Below are positions 31,736 to 47,769 of a stretch of DNA of 64,000 nucleotides, piece after piece; positions within the stretch are counted from its first letter, which is position 1, and every line of letters begins with the position of its first letter. A model generated the notes under the pieces. It worked only from the letters and a program-made list of their open reading frames with translations, made no database searches and was not told where the DNA came from. The translations under genes and the position numbers were made by a program. This stretch comes from Acetobacter sp. (lineage in GTDB: Bacteria > Pseudomonadota > Alphaproteobacteria > Acetobacterales > Acetobacteraceae): NCBI GenBank assembly GCA_047719095.1, contig JBDNSL010000002.1:10909-74908 (forward strand), given 5' to 3'.

Positions 31736-33648
31736 TGTGCTGGCCCTCCAAACCCGGCGGCGGACAGGGCAGCCTGAATGGCGGCGTTGTTGATATGTGC
31801 TGGCAGACGTTTTTTCAGGTCCTGCACATAGCTGGCCGCCAGATCATCACCATAAGCCTGTGCCAGATTGCCTTTCAGCTTTTGCAACAGGTCAGCCGAT
31901 GCTGGTGGGTTGGGTACAAAAACCTTGGTGACGACAGCCACAAAAAACGTGTCTGCATTTTCCGCCATGACCGCCTGTCCGGGCTTCATGTGTGGGATGT
32001 AGCTGGCAATCTCGGCGGGGAGGCTTTTGCTCGGGTTGGCAAAAGAGAACGCAATATCGCGAGCGACCTGAATGTTGGGGGCGTTCTGGGGCGCAATTGC
32101 TCCCTTCTGGCGGGCGGCCAGAAAGAGTGCTGTCGCCTGCTGGTCTGCCGTATGGTGGCGGGCATCGGCCTGCCATGCCGCCATAACATCGGTCTTTGCC
32201 TGCTCAAACGTGCGAGGTGTAGCTGGTGTTATGGAGTCAACCGCTACGGCAAACCAGCTATTATCCGGTCCATCAATCAGGATGGGGTTATCCCCGACAT
32301 TCTGCGCGAAAACCTGATGAATAATTGCGTCACGCAGTTTGCCGGAAGCCGGAATCGGGGCGGGTTGCTTGTCCGCTGTGTTGCCCTGTGCATCCAGCGA
32401 CCCGGCAATGGCAGCAGCCCCCACAGTGTCGGGAATGGCGTCCAGCCCTTTACCTGCAATGGCGTCCTGCAGCTGGCGGCGACGTTCGGTCACTACCGAA
32501 GGGGCCATGGCTGCGCGATATTGCTTGAGAATATCCTGCTTGGCATCTGCGAAGGATGTGCTGTGCGCGGGCAGAATTTTGGTAACCCGATAAACAGCCC
32601 AGCCCATTTCGGTCTTGAGTGGCCCCATGACCTGCCCCTGCGGAGCCTGAAAAAGAGCCTGCTTGAGCACATCGGAAGGAATGGTTGCCGGGCGCGCACC
32701 CGGCATTTCCACTGATGCGGCGCCTTTGACCACATTCTGAGCAGCCTGCCAGTCCGTGTTGTGCTTCCATGCATCGGCAATTTTCTGGGCATCTGCCTCG
32801 GAAGATGCAGTGATGAGCTGGATATCGCGGGTTTCTGGCACGTTATAGTGGTTGCTCTGCTCGTCATAAACGTGCTTGAGGCGTGCATCATCCATTGTAA
32901 TCGTATCCGCAACAGTCTGTGCGGACAGGACAACAATGCGGGCATGCCGGAGTTCGGGGTTGCCGAACTGCCACAGGTGGTTTGCGTAGTAGCGCTGCAA
33001 GGTTGCGTTGTCTGGCGCAGGGAGTGCGGGCTGTGCCGCAACGGGAATGCTGATCAGGTCGACCAGCCGGGTCCGTGCGCCATAATTGACAAGCGTGTCG
33101 AGCAGGGTGGTTGAAACAGTTGCCCCCTGCGCCATGGGTTGCAGCAGAGCGCGGATTGTCAGGTCATCGCGGATCATATCCAGCACCTGCTGCTCGCTCA
33201 GCCCCTGTGCACTCAGGCGCTGGTTGAACACGCTGCGGTCAAACTGCCCCGTAGGCCCCTTGAAATAAGGGAGGGAGAAAACTTCTTCCCTGATGGCTGA
33301 ATCGGGCACAATGATTTTCAGATTACGGGCCGCTTCAAGCAACTCGGCCTGAGCAATAAGGCGCTGGAGAATCTGGTGCGCAATTTGCCCCTGCATGACG
33401 GGGGACATGGCTGACGGGTCCTTGATCCCCATCTGCTGGGTGATTGTCGGCATTTCTGACCGTAGGGCCATGGCCAGATCACGCGTGGGGATACGGTGCT
33501 GGCCCACGCGCGCCACCACGTCGGTCTCCTCGCTCATGAAGCCAATAACGTCGCCAATACCCCAGCCCACAAAGGCCAGAAAAATAACAATGGCAACAAC
33601 GCGGCCCAGCCACGATTCAACAAGTACTCGGCGCAGGTAGGAAATCAT
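31732..33648 (-). CDS. ppiD: PpiD/SurA-family periplasmic chaperone / peptidylprolyl isomerase
   Basis: N-terminal TM ending FVGWGI, SurA_N-like region, PE.R repeats; conserved position between tpiA and trpE. Confidence 0.85.
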   Translation of the reverse strand: MISYLRRVLVESWLGRVVAIVIFLAFVGWGIGDVIGFMSEETDVVARVGQHRIPTRDLAMALRSEMPTITQQMGIKDPSAMSPVMQGQIAHQILQRLIAQAELLEAARNLKIIVPDSAIREEVFSLPYFKGPTGQFDRSVFNQRLSAQGLSEQQVLDMIRDDLTIRALLQPMAQGATVSTTLLDTLVNYGARTRLVDLISIPVAAQPALPAPDNATLQRYYANHLWQFGNPELRHARIVVLSAQTVADTITMDDARLKHVYDEQSNHYNVPETRDIQLITASSEADAQKIADAWKHNTDWQAAQNVVKGAASVEMPGARPATIPSDVLKQALFQAPQGQVMGPLKTEMGWAVYRVTKILPAHSTSFADAKQDILKQYRAAMAPSVVTERRRQLQDAIAGKGLDAIPDTVGAAAIAGSLDAQGNTADKQPAPIPASGKLRDAIIHQVFAQNVGDNPILIDGPDNSWFAVAVDSITPATPRTFEQAKTDVMAAWQADARHHTADQQATALFLAARQKGAIAPQNAPNIQVARDIAFSFANPSKSLPAEIASYIPHMKPGQAVMAENADTFFVAVVTKVFVPNPPASADLLQKLKGNLAQAYGDDLAASYVQDLKKRLPAHINNAAIQAALSAAGFGGPAQ

Positions 33649-33880
33649 GACCCTATGGATCCACAGCTCATCATAAATGGTTTATGCTGATTGCAGCACA
33701 TCTTGGGGCGGCACCATAAGCGGAGGTGTGCCGCTTGACCAGACATAACCGTTGTGGGGCAGCAATAAGGTATAATCCCTCTCTTGCGCCTGAGTGTGCG
33801 TGTATGGTTTAGCCTGTTGCCAACAGTGCCATGGCAGACGCACATGCAGCGCGTGGCAGCACAGGAACTGGAGGAAGGGT

Positions 33881-34621
33881 ATGAGCAGGCAGATTATTGT
33901 CGGCAATTGGAAAATGAATGGTACACGCCAGGACGCACAGGCGCTGGTACAGGCGCTGGTAAGCGACCTGCCCGCGACTGCGCCGGATGTGGTTGTCTGC
34001 CCTCCCTTTACGCAGCTGGCGCTTGTGCAGCCTGCGCTGGCTGCCTCTCCTATCGGTCTTGGTGCGCAGGATTGTCATAAGGATGCTGCTGGAGCGCATA
34101 CGGGCGATATTTCCCCCACCATGCTGGCTGATCTTGGCGTCAGCTATGTGATTCTTGGTCATTCAGAGCGGCGGCAGGAACACGGTGAGCTGGACGAAAC
34201 CGTGCGTGAAAAAGCCGTGGCAGCTACCAGGGCGGGCCTGACCCCGATTGTCTGCGTTGGCGAGACCGAAGACCAGCGTGAAGGCGGTGAGTACGAAGAT
34301 GTGCTTGGCTGGCAGATCAAGGGCTCGCTTCCCGATGGTTTTACCGGTATTGTGGCTTACGAACCCATCTGGGCCATTGGAACGGGGCTTGCCGCGACAA
34401 CCGACCAGATAGCCCAGACCATGTCTTTCCTGCGTGCCGAATTGGTCCGACAGTTTGGTGAGGCTGGAAAAACTATCAAAATCCTGTATGGAGGGTCCGT
34501 AAACGCTGGGAATGCTATTTCCGTTCTTTCCATTCCCGAGGTTGCGGGCGCACTGGTTGGTGGCGCGAGCCTTAAGGCGGATGCATTTCTTTCTATTGTC
34601 AACGCAGCATCCGCTGCCTGA
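33881..34621 (+). CDS. tpiA: Triosephosphate isomerase
   Basis: GNWKMN, GHSERR, AYEPIWAIGTG, YGGSV, LVGGASL. Confidence 0.97.
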   Translation: MSRQIIVGNWKMNGTRQDAQALVQALVSDLPATAPDVVVCPPFTQLALVQPALAASPIGLGAQDCHKDAAGAHTGDISPTMLADLGVSYVILGHSERRQEHGELDETVREKAVAATRAGLTPIVCVGETEDQREGGEYEDVLGWQIKGSLPDGFTGIVAYEPIWAIGTGLAATTDQIAQTMSFLRAELVRQFGEAGKTIKILYGGSVNAGNAISVLSIPEVAGALVGGASLKADAFLSIVNAASAA

Positions 34622-34648
34622 CATTGCTGCTTTGATCTGGAACCCGAC

Positions 34649-34993
34649 ATGACGACAGCCCTGCTGATCCTGCATTTCTGTGTCACCATTGCTCTGATTG
34701 GCGTTGTGCTGATCCAGCGGAGCGAAGGTGGCGGCCTTGGTATTGGTAACAGTCAGGGTATGGGGGCCTTCATGTCCGGTCGCGGGACGGCAAACCTGCT
34801 GACCCGCACAACTGCCGTGCTGGCGGGCCTGTTCATGCTGCTCTCGCTCCTGCTTGCCATGCTCTACAAAGGTGGCGTGAGCGGTGCCGGGCATGACATT
34901 CTTGCCCAGCCTCCGGTTGAAAGCGCTCCTGTTACCACCTCTGCACCGCCTGCGGTCCAGACTCAGGTGCCGCCTGCGGCTTCCAAGCCCTGA
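34649..34993 (+). CDS. secG: Preprotein translocase subunit SecG
   Basis: VLIQRSEGGGLG, LTRTTAVLA; two TM helices; tpiA-secG-pyrG synteny. Confidence 0.94.
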   Translation: MTTALLILHFCVTIALIGVVLIQRSEGGGLGIGNSQGMGAFMSGRGTANLLTRTTAVLAGLFMLLSLLLAMLYKGGVSGAGHDILAQPPVESAPVTTSAPPAVQTQVPPAASKP

Positions 34994-35046
34994 AAAATGC
35001 AGTCATCCTTCTCTGATATCCGTCCGGTTTACAGAGAAGGCCATGA

Positions 35047-37604
<2,558 letters not shown>

Positions 37605-37639
37605 TCGCTCTGTTTTTTTACGCACAGGACAGTTTGAAT

Positions 37640-37684
37640 AAAAAAAAGACGCCATGAACGAAAGTCCATGGCGTCTTTTTTATT
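37640..37684. terminator. Bidirectional intrinsic terminator between convergent kdsA and gyrB
   Basis: A-tract, GACGCCATG-loop-CATGGCGTC, T-tract. Confidence 0.88.
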
Positions 37685-37698
37685 GGTATGTCGGAGCC

Positions 37699-40182
<2,484 letters not shown>

Positions 40183-40229
40183 TTATACTCTGCCCATGGC
40201 ATTGCGACCAGCGTGGAAGGCGTGTTTTG

Positions 40230-41417
40230 TCAGCAGATCGACAAAAAAGAACCCTGTCTGATGCTGGCAAACTGGGCATGGCCCTGTAATGGCGCAAAAG
40301 GGGCACAATCGGTGCCCGTTATGAGCACTGTGCTTTGAAAGGTTTGTAAAATTTTTTGCAAAGACAACCTGCGCTGTTCATCCAGATGGACAAGGGGTTC
40401 GTCCAGCAGCAGCAGAGGTGCTGTTCCCCTATGGTCACGAACCAGACGGGCATGGGCCAGAATAAGGCCAATCAACAGGGACTTCTGCTGGCCGGTGCTG
40501 GCCAGTGCCGCAGGGAGCTGTTTTTTAAGGTCCGTAAGTTGGAAATCACTTTTATGCACCCCTACACCCGAACGCCCTTTGTCGCGGTCTGCCGGGCGGG
40601 AGGTACGCAGGCTTTCCTTTAGCCAGTCCTCCACATGCAAGGCGGGGGTATTCTCAAGACGTGCGGCTATGGCGCAGTCCAGTTTGACCTGTACTGCGGG
40701 AAACGCGTCCATATCCTGTTGGGCATACAGGTTGATCTGGCGCGCGGTTTCGTTCCGTGCCGCGGCGACAGACACGCCGTGCCGAGCCATGGCGGCTTCA
40801 AGCCCGGATAACCAGACCTGCTCATGGGAGCGGGTTTGTAGCAGGCGGTTCCGCTGGCTCATGGCGCGGTCGTAGGCTGCCAGTTCGCGGGCATGGTGGG
40901 GATAGGCTGCCATAACCAGCCGGTCCAGAAAACGGCGACGGCCAGAAGCACTCTCGCTAAACAGCCGGTCCATCTGTGGCGTCAGCCAGATGGCCGCAAG
41001 GGGGTTTTCCCATGCGTTCTGGTTACGCAGGGGTTTGCCGTTGAGTAGAAATATCCTGCGTGGAGTATCTGCTCCGGGCTGAAGGCCCGTGCCAAGCTCC
41101 AAGGGGTTGCCATCAACCAGAATATGGGAGGCGATACCCCAGTGGGCACTGCCATTTTGCCCAAAATGGCTTAAAGGGGCCGCACGCAGGCCGCGGCCGG
41201 GGGCCAGAAGCGATACAGCTTCGAGCAGATTGGTTTTACCGCTGCCATTTTCTCCCGTCAGCACAACAATGGGTGCCTGTGGGCAAAGGGTTAGCTGGTC
41301 ATAATTGCGAAAACGGCAGAGGGAAAGCCTGCTCAGTTGCAAGCGTGTTGAAGGCATCCCCCCTTTGGCTGAGAACAGAGGGGGGGATGCAGAATAATGC
41401 GGTGTGGGTGTTGTCAC
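40230..41417 (-). CDS. recF: DNA replication and repair protein RecF
   Basis: FRNY, GENGSGKTNLLEA, RRRFLD, STGQQK, LLLDE; dnaN-recF-gyrB synteny. Confidence 0.94.
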   Translation of the reverse strand: MTTPTPHYSASPPLFSAKGGMPSTRLQLSRLSLCRFRNYDQLTLCPQAPIVVLTGENGSGKTNLLEAVSLLAPGRGLRAAPLSHFGQNGSAHWGIASHILVDGNPLELGTGLQPGADTPRRIFLLNGKPLRNQNAWENPLAAIWLTPQMDRLFSESASGRRRFLDRLVMAAYPHHARELAAYDRAMSQRNRLLQTRSHEQVWLSGLEAAMARHGVSVAAARNETARQINLYAQQDMDAFPAVQVKLDCAIAARLENTPALHVEDWLKESLRTSRPADRDKGRSGVGVHKSDFQLTDLKKQLPAALASTGQQKSLLIGLILAHARLVRDHRGTAPLLLLDEPLVHLDEQRRLSLQKILQTFQSTVLITGTDCAPFAPLQGHAQFASIRQGSFLSIC

Positions 41418-42538
41418 ACCCGCATCGGCATCAGAACATACAGGGCGGATGGGCTGTCTACATCGCGGACAATGGTGGGCGATGCGCTGTCCGCAAAGCA
41501 GAATTCCACCTCTTTTTCCACCTGATCGGTAATGTCGTTCAGGTAGCGGGCCTGAAACCCGATTTCGAGTGCTTCGGCATCATAGGAGATGCGGTTGTCA
41601 TCCAACTCTTCCTTGGCGGTACCCTGCTCTGCGCTGCTGGCGGAAAGGGTAAGCAGGCCCGGTTCCAGCATCAGCTTAACCGGGCGCGAGCGTTCCTGGC
41701 TAATGGCCGCCACACGTGCCACGGCATCGGAAAAATCTTTTTTGCCAACGCGCAGGATACGTGTGTTGTTGCGTGGAATAACACGCTCGTATTCAGGAAA
41801 AGTCCCATCGATCAGTTTGGATGTCAGGGTAATTGGCCCGACTGTAAACTGAATCCGGGTCTCAGACAGGGCGACGGAAATTTCTTCGGGGGCTTCGTCA
41901 ACCAGTTTGCGCAGTTCTGCCACGGTTTTACGCGGAATAATCACGCCGGGCATGCCTGCGGCACCAGCGGGCATTTCTGCCTCCACGCGTGCCAGACGGT
42001 GGCCATCCGTGGCCACTGCACGCAGCAGAGGCGTGCCGTCAACGTCTGCAACATGCAGGTAAATGCCGTTCAGGTAATAGCGTGTCTCTTCGGTGGAAAT
42101 GGCAAAGCGCGTGCGATCGATCAGGGAGCGCAGAACGGCCCCGTTCAGGTGGAAACGATGAGGGAACTCCCCTGCCCCCATGGACGGAAAGTCATCCACG
42201 CTCAGCACATTCAGATGTGTGGCATAGCGCCCGGCCCGCAGGTGAAGCTGCCCGTCGCTATCGGTCTGGTCGAGTTCAACCTCAACGCCATCGGGCAGTT
42301 TGCGCACGATTTCATACAGCACGGATGCGGGAGCAGTTGTTGCCCCTTCCCGCGTGATGGTGGCAGCAATGGTCTCAACCACCTCGATTTCCATGTCGGT
42401 GGCCTTCAGGCAGAGCTGCCCGTTTGAGGCCTGCATAAGCACGTTGGCGAGAATGGGAATGGTATTGCGTTTTTCCGCCACGCTCTGGATATGAGCCAAC
42501 GCCTTAAGGAGCGTTGCGCGCTCTGCCGAAAATTTCAT
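41414..42538 (-). CDS. dnaN: DNA polymerase III beta clamp
   Basis: NTIPILANV, ETRYYLNG, ATDGHRL, GTFPEY, VLMPMRV. Confidence 0.97.
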   Translation of the reverse strand: MKFSAERATLLKALAHIQSVAEKRNTIPILANVLMQASNGQLCLKATDMEIEVVETIAATITREGATTAPASVLYEIVRKLPDGVEVELDQTDSDGQLHLRAGRYATHLNVLSVDDFPSMGAGEFPHRFHLNGAVLRSLIDRTRFAISTEETRYYLNGIYLHVADVDGTPLLRAVATDGHRLARVEAEMPAGAAGMPGVIIPRKTVAELRKLVDEAPEEISVALSETRIQFTVGPITLTSKLIDGTFPEYERVIPRNNTRILRVGKKDFSDAVARVAAISQERSRPVKLMLEPGLLTLSASSAEQGTAKEELDDNRISYDAEALEIGFQARYLNDITDQVEKEVEFCFADSASPTIVRDVDSPSALYVLMPMRV

Positions 42539-42658
42539 GTATCCCTCTTTCCTGCACAGCAAGTCCCCCACTCCTGAGCAGAGAGGGAACCCGGCTTTTC
42601 CGCACTAAAACTAACAGGCCGCCTGTATCAGTCAATCCTTTTGGACAGACTGGTTTTT

Positions 42659-44095
42659 TCAGCTCTCAAGCATGCGGCGCATCAGTTCCACATCTTCGGC
42701 AAAAGCTGCATCGCGTTCCATCAGTTCGGTTACGCGGTTGACCGCGTGCATAACGGTGGTGTGGTCACGGTTGCCGAATTTACGGCCAATTTCGGGTAGC
42801 GACCGGCTGGTCAACTGCTTGGCCAGATACATGGCCACCTGCCGGGGCCGGGCCACGTTACGGGCACGGCGGGCAGAGGACATGTCCGTCAGGCGGATGT
42901 TCCAGTGTTCGGCAACTTTTTTCTGAATTTCCTCAATGGTCACACGCCGGTCATGGGCCTTGAGAATATCGTGCAGCACATCCTGCGTGGCTTCCAGTGT
43001 TACCGGGCGGCCAAAAAGGTTGGCATGGGCGATCAGGCGGTTAAGTGCCCCTTCCAGCTCACGCACGTTGGACGTAATTTTATGTGCCAAAAACTCCAGC
43101 ACCTTTGCAGGCACGACCACACCGGATGCAGCCGCCTTGGCTTCCAGAATGGAAATACGCAGCTCAAAGGTTGTGGCGTGGATGTCGGCCACCATGCCAC
43201 AGCCCAGACGGGTGCGGAGCCTGTCCTCCAGCCCGGAGAGGTCGGATGGTGACTTGTCGGCGGACACCACAATCTGCCGCCCCGCATCCACCAGCGCGTT
43301 AAAGGTGTGGAAGAATTCTTCTTGCGTATTGTCCTTGCCGATAAGGAACTGCAGATCATCAATCATCAGCACATCGACTGAGCGGAGCTGTTCCTTGAAC
43401 TCGATCGTGGACTGCGAACGAATGGCCGCAATAAAGCGGTACATAAACTTTTCGGCCGACATATAGGCGACCGACACATTACCGCTCCGGACCAGCTCCG
43501 CGCCGATAGCGTGCATCAGATGGGTTTTACCCAAGCCGACGCCGCCATAAAGGAAAAGCGGATTAAAGCCCACGCTGGAGGGTTTTTCCGCCACGCGGCG
43601 CGCACAGGCATAGGCAAATTCATTGGGCTTGCCCACGACGAACGTATCAAACGTAAAGCGGCTGTCCAGCGCGGTCACAAGGTCGCTGCGGACTTCGGGC
43701 ACGGGCCTGCTGGCAGGGCTGCTTTCTTCGGTGGTATGGGGCGCGCTGGCGGGGGTAGCGCTCACCTCGGCAACCTGAAGGGGGGCTGGGTCACCGGGCC
43801 TTGCAACCTGCAACTCCACACGCCGCAGTGCAGGCACCTCATTATGCCACAACTCGTTCAGCCGGTCTCCGTACTGGCTGCGGACCCAGTCGCGCAAAAA
43901 ACGGGTTGGCAGGAGGAGCGTAATTTCATCGCCGTCAATCGGACCCAGGGCAATCTGGGTGAGCCATGTGCGGTATTCAACCTCACCGACCTCACCTTTC
44001 AGGCGGCCACAGATACGCTGCCACGATTCCGCAAGCCCTTTGTTGTCTTCCAGTCGGGAAAAGGCGCTTTCGTCATCGTCCACTCCGATTGTCAT
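42659..44095 (-). CDS. dnaA: Chromosomal replication initiator DnaA
   Basis: NPLFLYGGVGLGKTHL, LMIDD, NVRELEGAL, RDHTTV; GGAG RBS before MTIG. Confidence 0.98.
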   Translation of the reverse strand: MTIGVDDDESAFSRLEDNKGLAESWQRICGRLKGEVGEVEYRTWLTQIALGPIDGDEITLLLPTRFLRDWVRSQYGDRLNELWHNEVPALRRVELQVARPGDPAPLQVAEVSATPASAPHTTEESSPASRPVPEVRSDLVTALDSRFTFDTFVVGKPNEFAYACARRVAEKPSSVGFNPLFLYGGVGLGKTHLMHAIGAELVRSGNVSVAYMSAEKFMYRFIAAIRSQSTIEFKEQLRSVDVLMIDDLQFLIGKDNTQEEFFHTFNALVDAGRQIVVSADKSPSDLSGLEDRLRTRLGCGMVADIHATTFELRISILEAKAAASGVVVPAKVLEFLAHKITSNVRELEGALNRLIAHANLFGRPVTLEATQDVLHDILKAHDRRVTIEEIQKKVAEHWNIRLTDMSSARRARNVARPRQVAMYLAKQLTSRSLPEIGRKFGNRDHTTVMHAVNRVTELMERDAAFAEDVELMRRMLES

Positions 44096-44435
44096 TTTTG
44101 CTCCCGAGCGGTCATTAAAGGCGCATATGCTGCGCAAAAAAATCAACGGCGTCCGTGCTCTAACACAGGCTGCCGATGCTTGTTTATCCAGATGCGTATA
44201 CCTTGCCTCAGCAGGACCGTGGATACTCTTTTTGGTCTGGCTTGCTCAAGGGTATTCTAACCAAGATAAAGCAGTGTCATGCCTGCGGGCAACGAAAAAG
44301 CATTTTCGGGCTGCAAGGCAGGATTATGGCAGGAAATAGCCCTATACAAAAACAAAGCCGAACCATCAGCCTGATGATTCGGCTTTGCTGCAAACAATCG
44401 CATGGGCTCCCCCTGCGGGGTGCCCGATCGCCTGA

Positions 44436-44705
44436 TTACGCTGCTGCCAGCGCTTTGATACGGGCAGACAGGCGGGAAATCTTGCGGGCAACCGTGTTGT
44501 GGTGTGCAACGCCTTTGCTGGCTGCACGCTGGATTTCCGGCTGTGCAACGCGGAGGGCTTCACGAGCGGCTGCCTGATCCCCGGCTTCAATCGCGGTTTC
44601 CACTTTCTTGATGAAAGTACGCATGCGGGATTTGCGGGCCGTGTTACGGGCAGTCCGCTTTGCGGTCTGCCGGATGCGCTTACGCGCCGAAGCGATATTC
44701 GCCAT
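44436..44705 (-). CDS. rpsT: 30S ribosomal protein S20
   Basis: [25 protein letters not shown]. Confidence 0.97.
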   Translation of the reverse strand: MANIASARKRIRQTAKRTARNTARKSRMRTFIKKVETAIEAGDQAAAREALRVAQPEIQRAASKGVAHHNTVARKISRLSARIKALAAA

Positions 44706-44844
44706 GAGTTTCTATTCTGTCCAGCACTAAGAAAAAAGTAAGGTGCCGACGCGCCGTTACAGCCCGTCAGCACAAAGAGTAAGCGGTGCTGTAATGCACG
44801 CATGCACTTTCAGTCAAGCGCGTTCCGGTCCCGGCACCGTGATT

Positions 44845-45684
44845 TTACCCGTTTTTCTGATGTTTTGGGCAGAAAAACGTGGTGCGTCCGGCTTGTGTCA
44901 TATGCTCAACACCCGCGCAGGCCGGGGTGCCCGGGCACTTGGGGCATGGCTGGTTTTTTTTACCATACACCTGCCATGCGTGCTGGAAGTAGCCCAGCCC
45001 GCCCTCGGGGCGGACATAATCCTTCAGGCTGGAACCACCCGCAGCAATGGCTTCTTGCAGAACGGAACGGATGGCGCTCACCAGCACGCCTGCTGCATGG
45101 GGTTTGAGCGCACAGGCAGGCATGGTGGGGGCGATGGAGGCCCGGTAAAGGGCCTCGCACACATAAATATTCCCAAGGCCCGCCACAACGTGCTGGTCCA
45201 GCAGAAAAGGTTTTATGGGGCTGCGTCGTCCCTTGCAGGCATCCAGAAGTGTTTGGGCGCTAAACCCGTTACCCAAAGGCTCAGGCCCCATGTTGGCAAA
45301 GGCGCGGTGCGTCTCTTCCTCATGTGTGGGAACAAGGTCCAGCATGCCAAAGCGGCGCGGGTCAATGTAGGCGCAGCGTTTGCCGTCGTCTGTTATAAAA
45401 ACCACATGCTCATGGGCTTGGGGCGCTTGCGGAGAATCGAGCATGACCCGGCCTGACATGCCCAGATGCAGTATAATCGACTGACCACAGGACAGGCGGA
45501 TAAGAATATATTTACCGCGCCGATAAAAGCCGACAATTGTGCTGCCGGTAACACGTGCGGAAAAATCGGCAGGAATCAGCCATCTCAGGTCATGCCGACG
45601 GATAATGGTCTGCACAATGGTGCGATCTTGCAGAGCGATCTGCATACCGCGCATCACGGTTTCTACTTCGGGGAGTTCCGGCAT
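44845..45684 (-). CDS. mutM: Formamidopyrimidine-DNA glycosylase
   Basis: [27 protein letters not shown]-terminal zinc finger. Confidence 0.96.
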   Translation of the reverse strand: MPELPEVETVMRGMQIALQDRTIVQTIIRRHDLRWLIPADFSARVTGSTIVGFYRRGKYILIRLSCGQSIILHLGMSGRVMLDSPQAPQAHEHVVFITDDGKRCAYIDPRRFGMLDLVPTHEEETHRAFANMGPEPLGNGFSAQTLLDACKGRRSPIKPFLLDQHVVAGLGNIYVCEALYRASIAPTMPACALKPHAAGVLVSAIRSVLQEAIAAGGSSLKDYVRPEGGLGYFQHAWQVYGKKNQPCPKCPGTPACAGVEHMTQAGRTTFFCPKHQKNG

Positions 45685-45713
45685 GGCTATAAAGCAGGGT
45701 ATAGAGGAAACCC

Positions 45714-46496
45714 ATGACCGACAACTCTTTTGCGCCCTCCCCCGCTCCTTCTGACGTCACTGTGGAAGAAACGGATTTTGGCTTCCGCTCCGTCAGGAAG
45801 GAAGAAAAGAAAAACCTCGTCCGCGGCGTGTTCGACAGCGTGGCCGGGCAGTACGATGTGATGAATGACATCATGTCTCTGGGGATTCACCGAATATGGA
45901 AACGCATATTCGTAACCGAACTTGGCCCCCAGCCTGGCCTGACATTGCTCGACCTTGCTGGTGGCACGGGTGATATTTCCTTCGGCTGGCTTAAGGCAGG
46001 CGGTGGCCCTGCTGTTATGACCGATATCAACCGCAGCATGCTCTCGGTCGGGCGTGACCGGGCACTAAACCGTGGTCTGGTGTCCGACCTTTCCTTTTGT
46101 GTGGTGGATGCAGAGGCTATTCCCGTAAAGGATATGTCCGTGGACCGCGTGTCCATAGCGTTTGGCCTGCGTAACTGCACGGACAAGCTGGCAGTTATCC
46201 GCGAGGCCCGGCGCGTGCTCAAGCCCGGTGGGCGCTTCCTGTGCCTTGAATTCTCCCGCGTGCAGGTTGCGGCTCTGGCGCCAATTTACGATGCTTGGTC
46301 CTTCAAGGTTCTCCCTGCCATGGGCGGGCTTGTTGCCAAGGACCGCGAGAGCTACCAGTATCTGGCCGAGAGTATCCGCATGTTCCCTGATCAGGAAACG
46401 CTGGCCGATATGTTCCGCGAGGCGGGACTTTCCCATGTGCGCTATCAGTCCCTCTCCGGTGGGATTGCGGCCATTCATTCTGGCTGGCGTATCTGA
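45714..46496 (+). CDS. ubiE: Ubiquinone/menaquinone C-methyltransferase
   Basis: [35 protein letters not shown]. Confidence 0.95.
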   Translation: MTDNSFAPSPAPSDVTVEETDFGFRSVRKEEKKNLVRGVFDSVAGQYDVMNDIMSLGIHRIWKRIFVTELGPQPGLTLLDLAGGTGDISFGWLKAGGGPAVMTDINRSMLSVGRDRALNRGLVSDLSFCVVDAEAIPVKDMSVDRVSIAFGLRNCTDKLAVIREARRVLKPGGRFLCLEFSRVQVAALAPIYDAWSFKVLPAMGGLVAKDRESYQYLAESIRMFPDQETLADMFREAGLSHVRYQSLSGGIAAIHSGWRI

Positions 46497-46503
46497 TACT
46501 GGC

Positions 46504-47730
46504 ATGTCTGCGCTCCCCTCTTCCCGTTCGGTGCTGCTGATTGTTGGCGGGAGTATTGCCGCCTGCAAGGCGCCGGAGCTTGTGCGCCTTCTGCTGGCGG
46601 AAGGTATGCAGGTCCGGTGTGTACTAACCGAAGGGGGGCAACAGTTTGTCACGCAGCTGACGTTGCAGGCCCTGAGCGGCCAGCCGGTGCATACGGACCT
46701 GTTTTCCCTGACAGCCGAGCAGGAAATGGGGCATATCGCCCTTTCGCGCTGGGCTGATCTTGTGTTGGTCTGCCCAGCCTCGGCCAATCTTTTGGCACGT
46801 ATGGCCCACGGCATGGCGGATGACCTTGCCGGAGCACTGCTGTTGGGCACGGATGCGCCCGTCATGGTTGCACCGGCCATGAATGTGCGCATGTGGGAGC
46901 ACCCGGCAACGCAGGCTAATGTTGCGTTGTTGGTCGAACGGGGCGTGCAGATTATCTCACCCGCCTGTGGTCCCATGGCTTGTGGCGAATTTGGGCCTGG
47001 GCGGTTGCCTGAACCTGCGGACATTAAAAATACTGTGCTGGCGTTTTTTCGCCAGCAACAAGGCAAGGTTGGCCCTCTGGCAGGGTGTCGGGCGCTGGTT
47101 ACAGCAGGCCCCACGCATGAGCCCCTTGACCCGGTTCGCTATCTTGCCAACAGGTCGTCTGGTCAGCAGGGCTTTGCTGTGGCCGGGGCATTGGCGGATA
47201 TGGGGGCGGATGTCACGCTTGTGAGTGGCCCTGTCTCCTTGCCCCCTCCTCCCGGAGTAACGTACCTACCTTGCGAAACCGCTCGGGAAATGCACGCTCT
47301 TGTCATGGGGAGCGGGCAGTTTGATGTTGCGGTCTGCACCGCAGCCGTGGCGGATTGGAGACCTGAGCATGAAGCCGGGCAAAAAATAAAAAAAACTGGC
47401 GCGTCCGATGCTGCTCCCGCGATAAAGCTAGTCCCCAACCCGGACATTCTGGCCGAACTTTCGGCCGCTGGGCCGTCCAGACCCCGGCTGGTGGTGGGGT
47501 TTGCTGCCGAGACCGAAAATGTGATTGCGCACGCAACAGCCAAACGCCAGCGCAAACACTGCGACTGGATTGTGGCCAATGACGTAAGCCCCTCAACCGG
47601 TATTATGGGTGGGCAGGAAAATCAGGTCGCACTGATAAGGCCTGATAGTGTTGATCTGTGGCCGAGAATGAGCAAGGCAGAGGTGGCAAAACAGCTTGCC
47701 GCGCGTATAACAGTCTGGCTTTGTGAATAG
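46504..47730 (+). CDS. coaBC: Bifunctional phosphopantothenoylcysteine decarboxylase/synthase
   Basis: GSIAACK, HIALS, APAMNVRM, TAGPTHEPLDPVRY, VGFAAET. Confidence 0.96.
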   Translation: MSALPSSRSVLLIVGGSIAACKAPELVRLLLAEGMQVRCVLTEGGQQFVTQLTLQALSGQPVHTDLFSLTAEQEMGHIALSRWADLVLVCPASANLLARMAHGMADDLAGALLLGTDAPVMVAPAMNVRMWEHPATQANVALLVERGVQIISPACGPMACGEFGPGRLPEPADIKNTVLAFFRQQQGKVGPLAGCRALVTAGPTHEPLDPVRYLANRSSGQQGFAVAGALADMGADVTLVSGPVSLPPPPGVTYLPCETAREMHALVMGSGQFDVAVCTAAVADWRPEHEAGQKIKKTGASDAAPAIKLVPNPDILAELSAAGPSRPRLVVGFAAETENVIAHATAKRQRKHCDWIVANDVSPSTGIMGGQENQVALIRPDSVDLWPRMSKAEVAKQLAARITVWLCE

Positions 47731-47769
47731 CATTGATACAACATCTGGTTGAAATATAAGGAGCAGTGC

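Noticed and set aside
44096-44435. oriC in the rpsT-dnaA intergenic region
   Set aside because: Only two imperfect DnaA boxes and no clear AT-rich unwinding element; alphaproteobacterial origins are often unlinked to dnaA
47733-47747. FNR-like site TTGAT-ACAAC-ATCTG before dut
   Set aside because: Spacing and second half-site do not match TTGAT-N4-ATCAA
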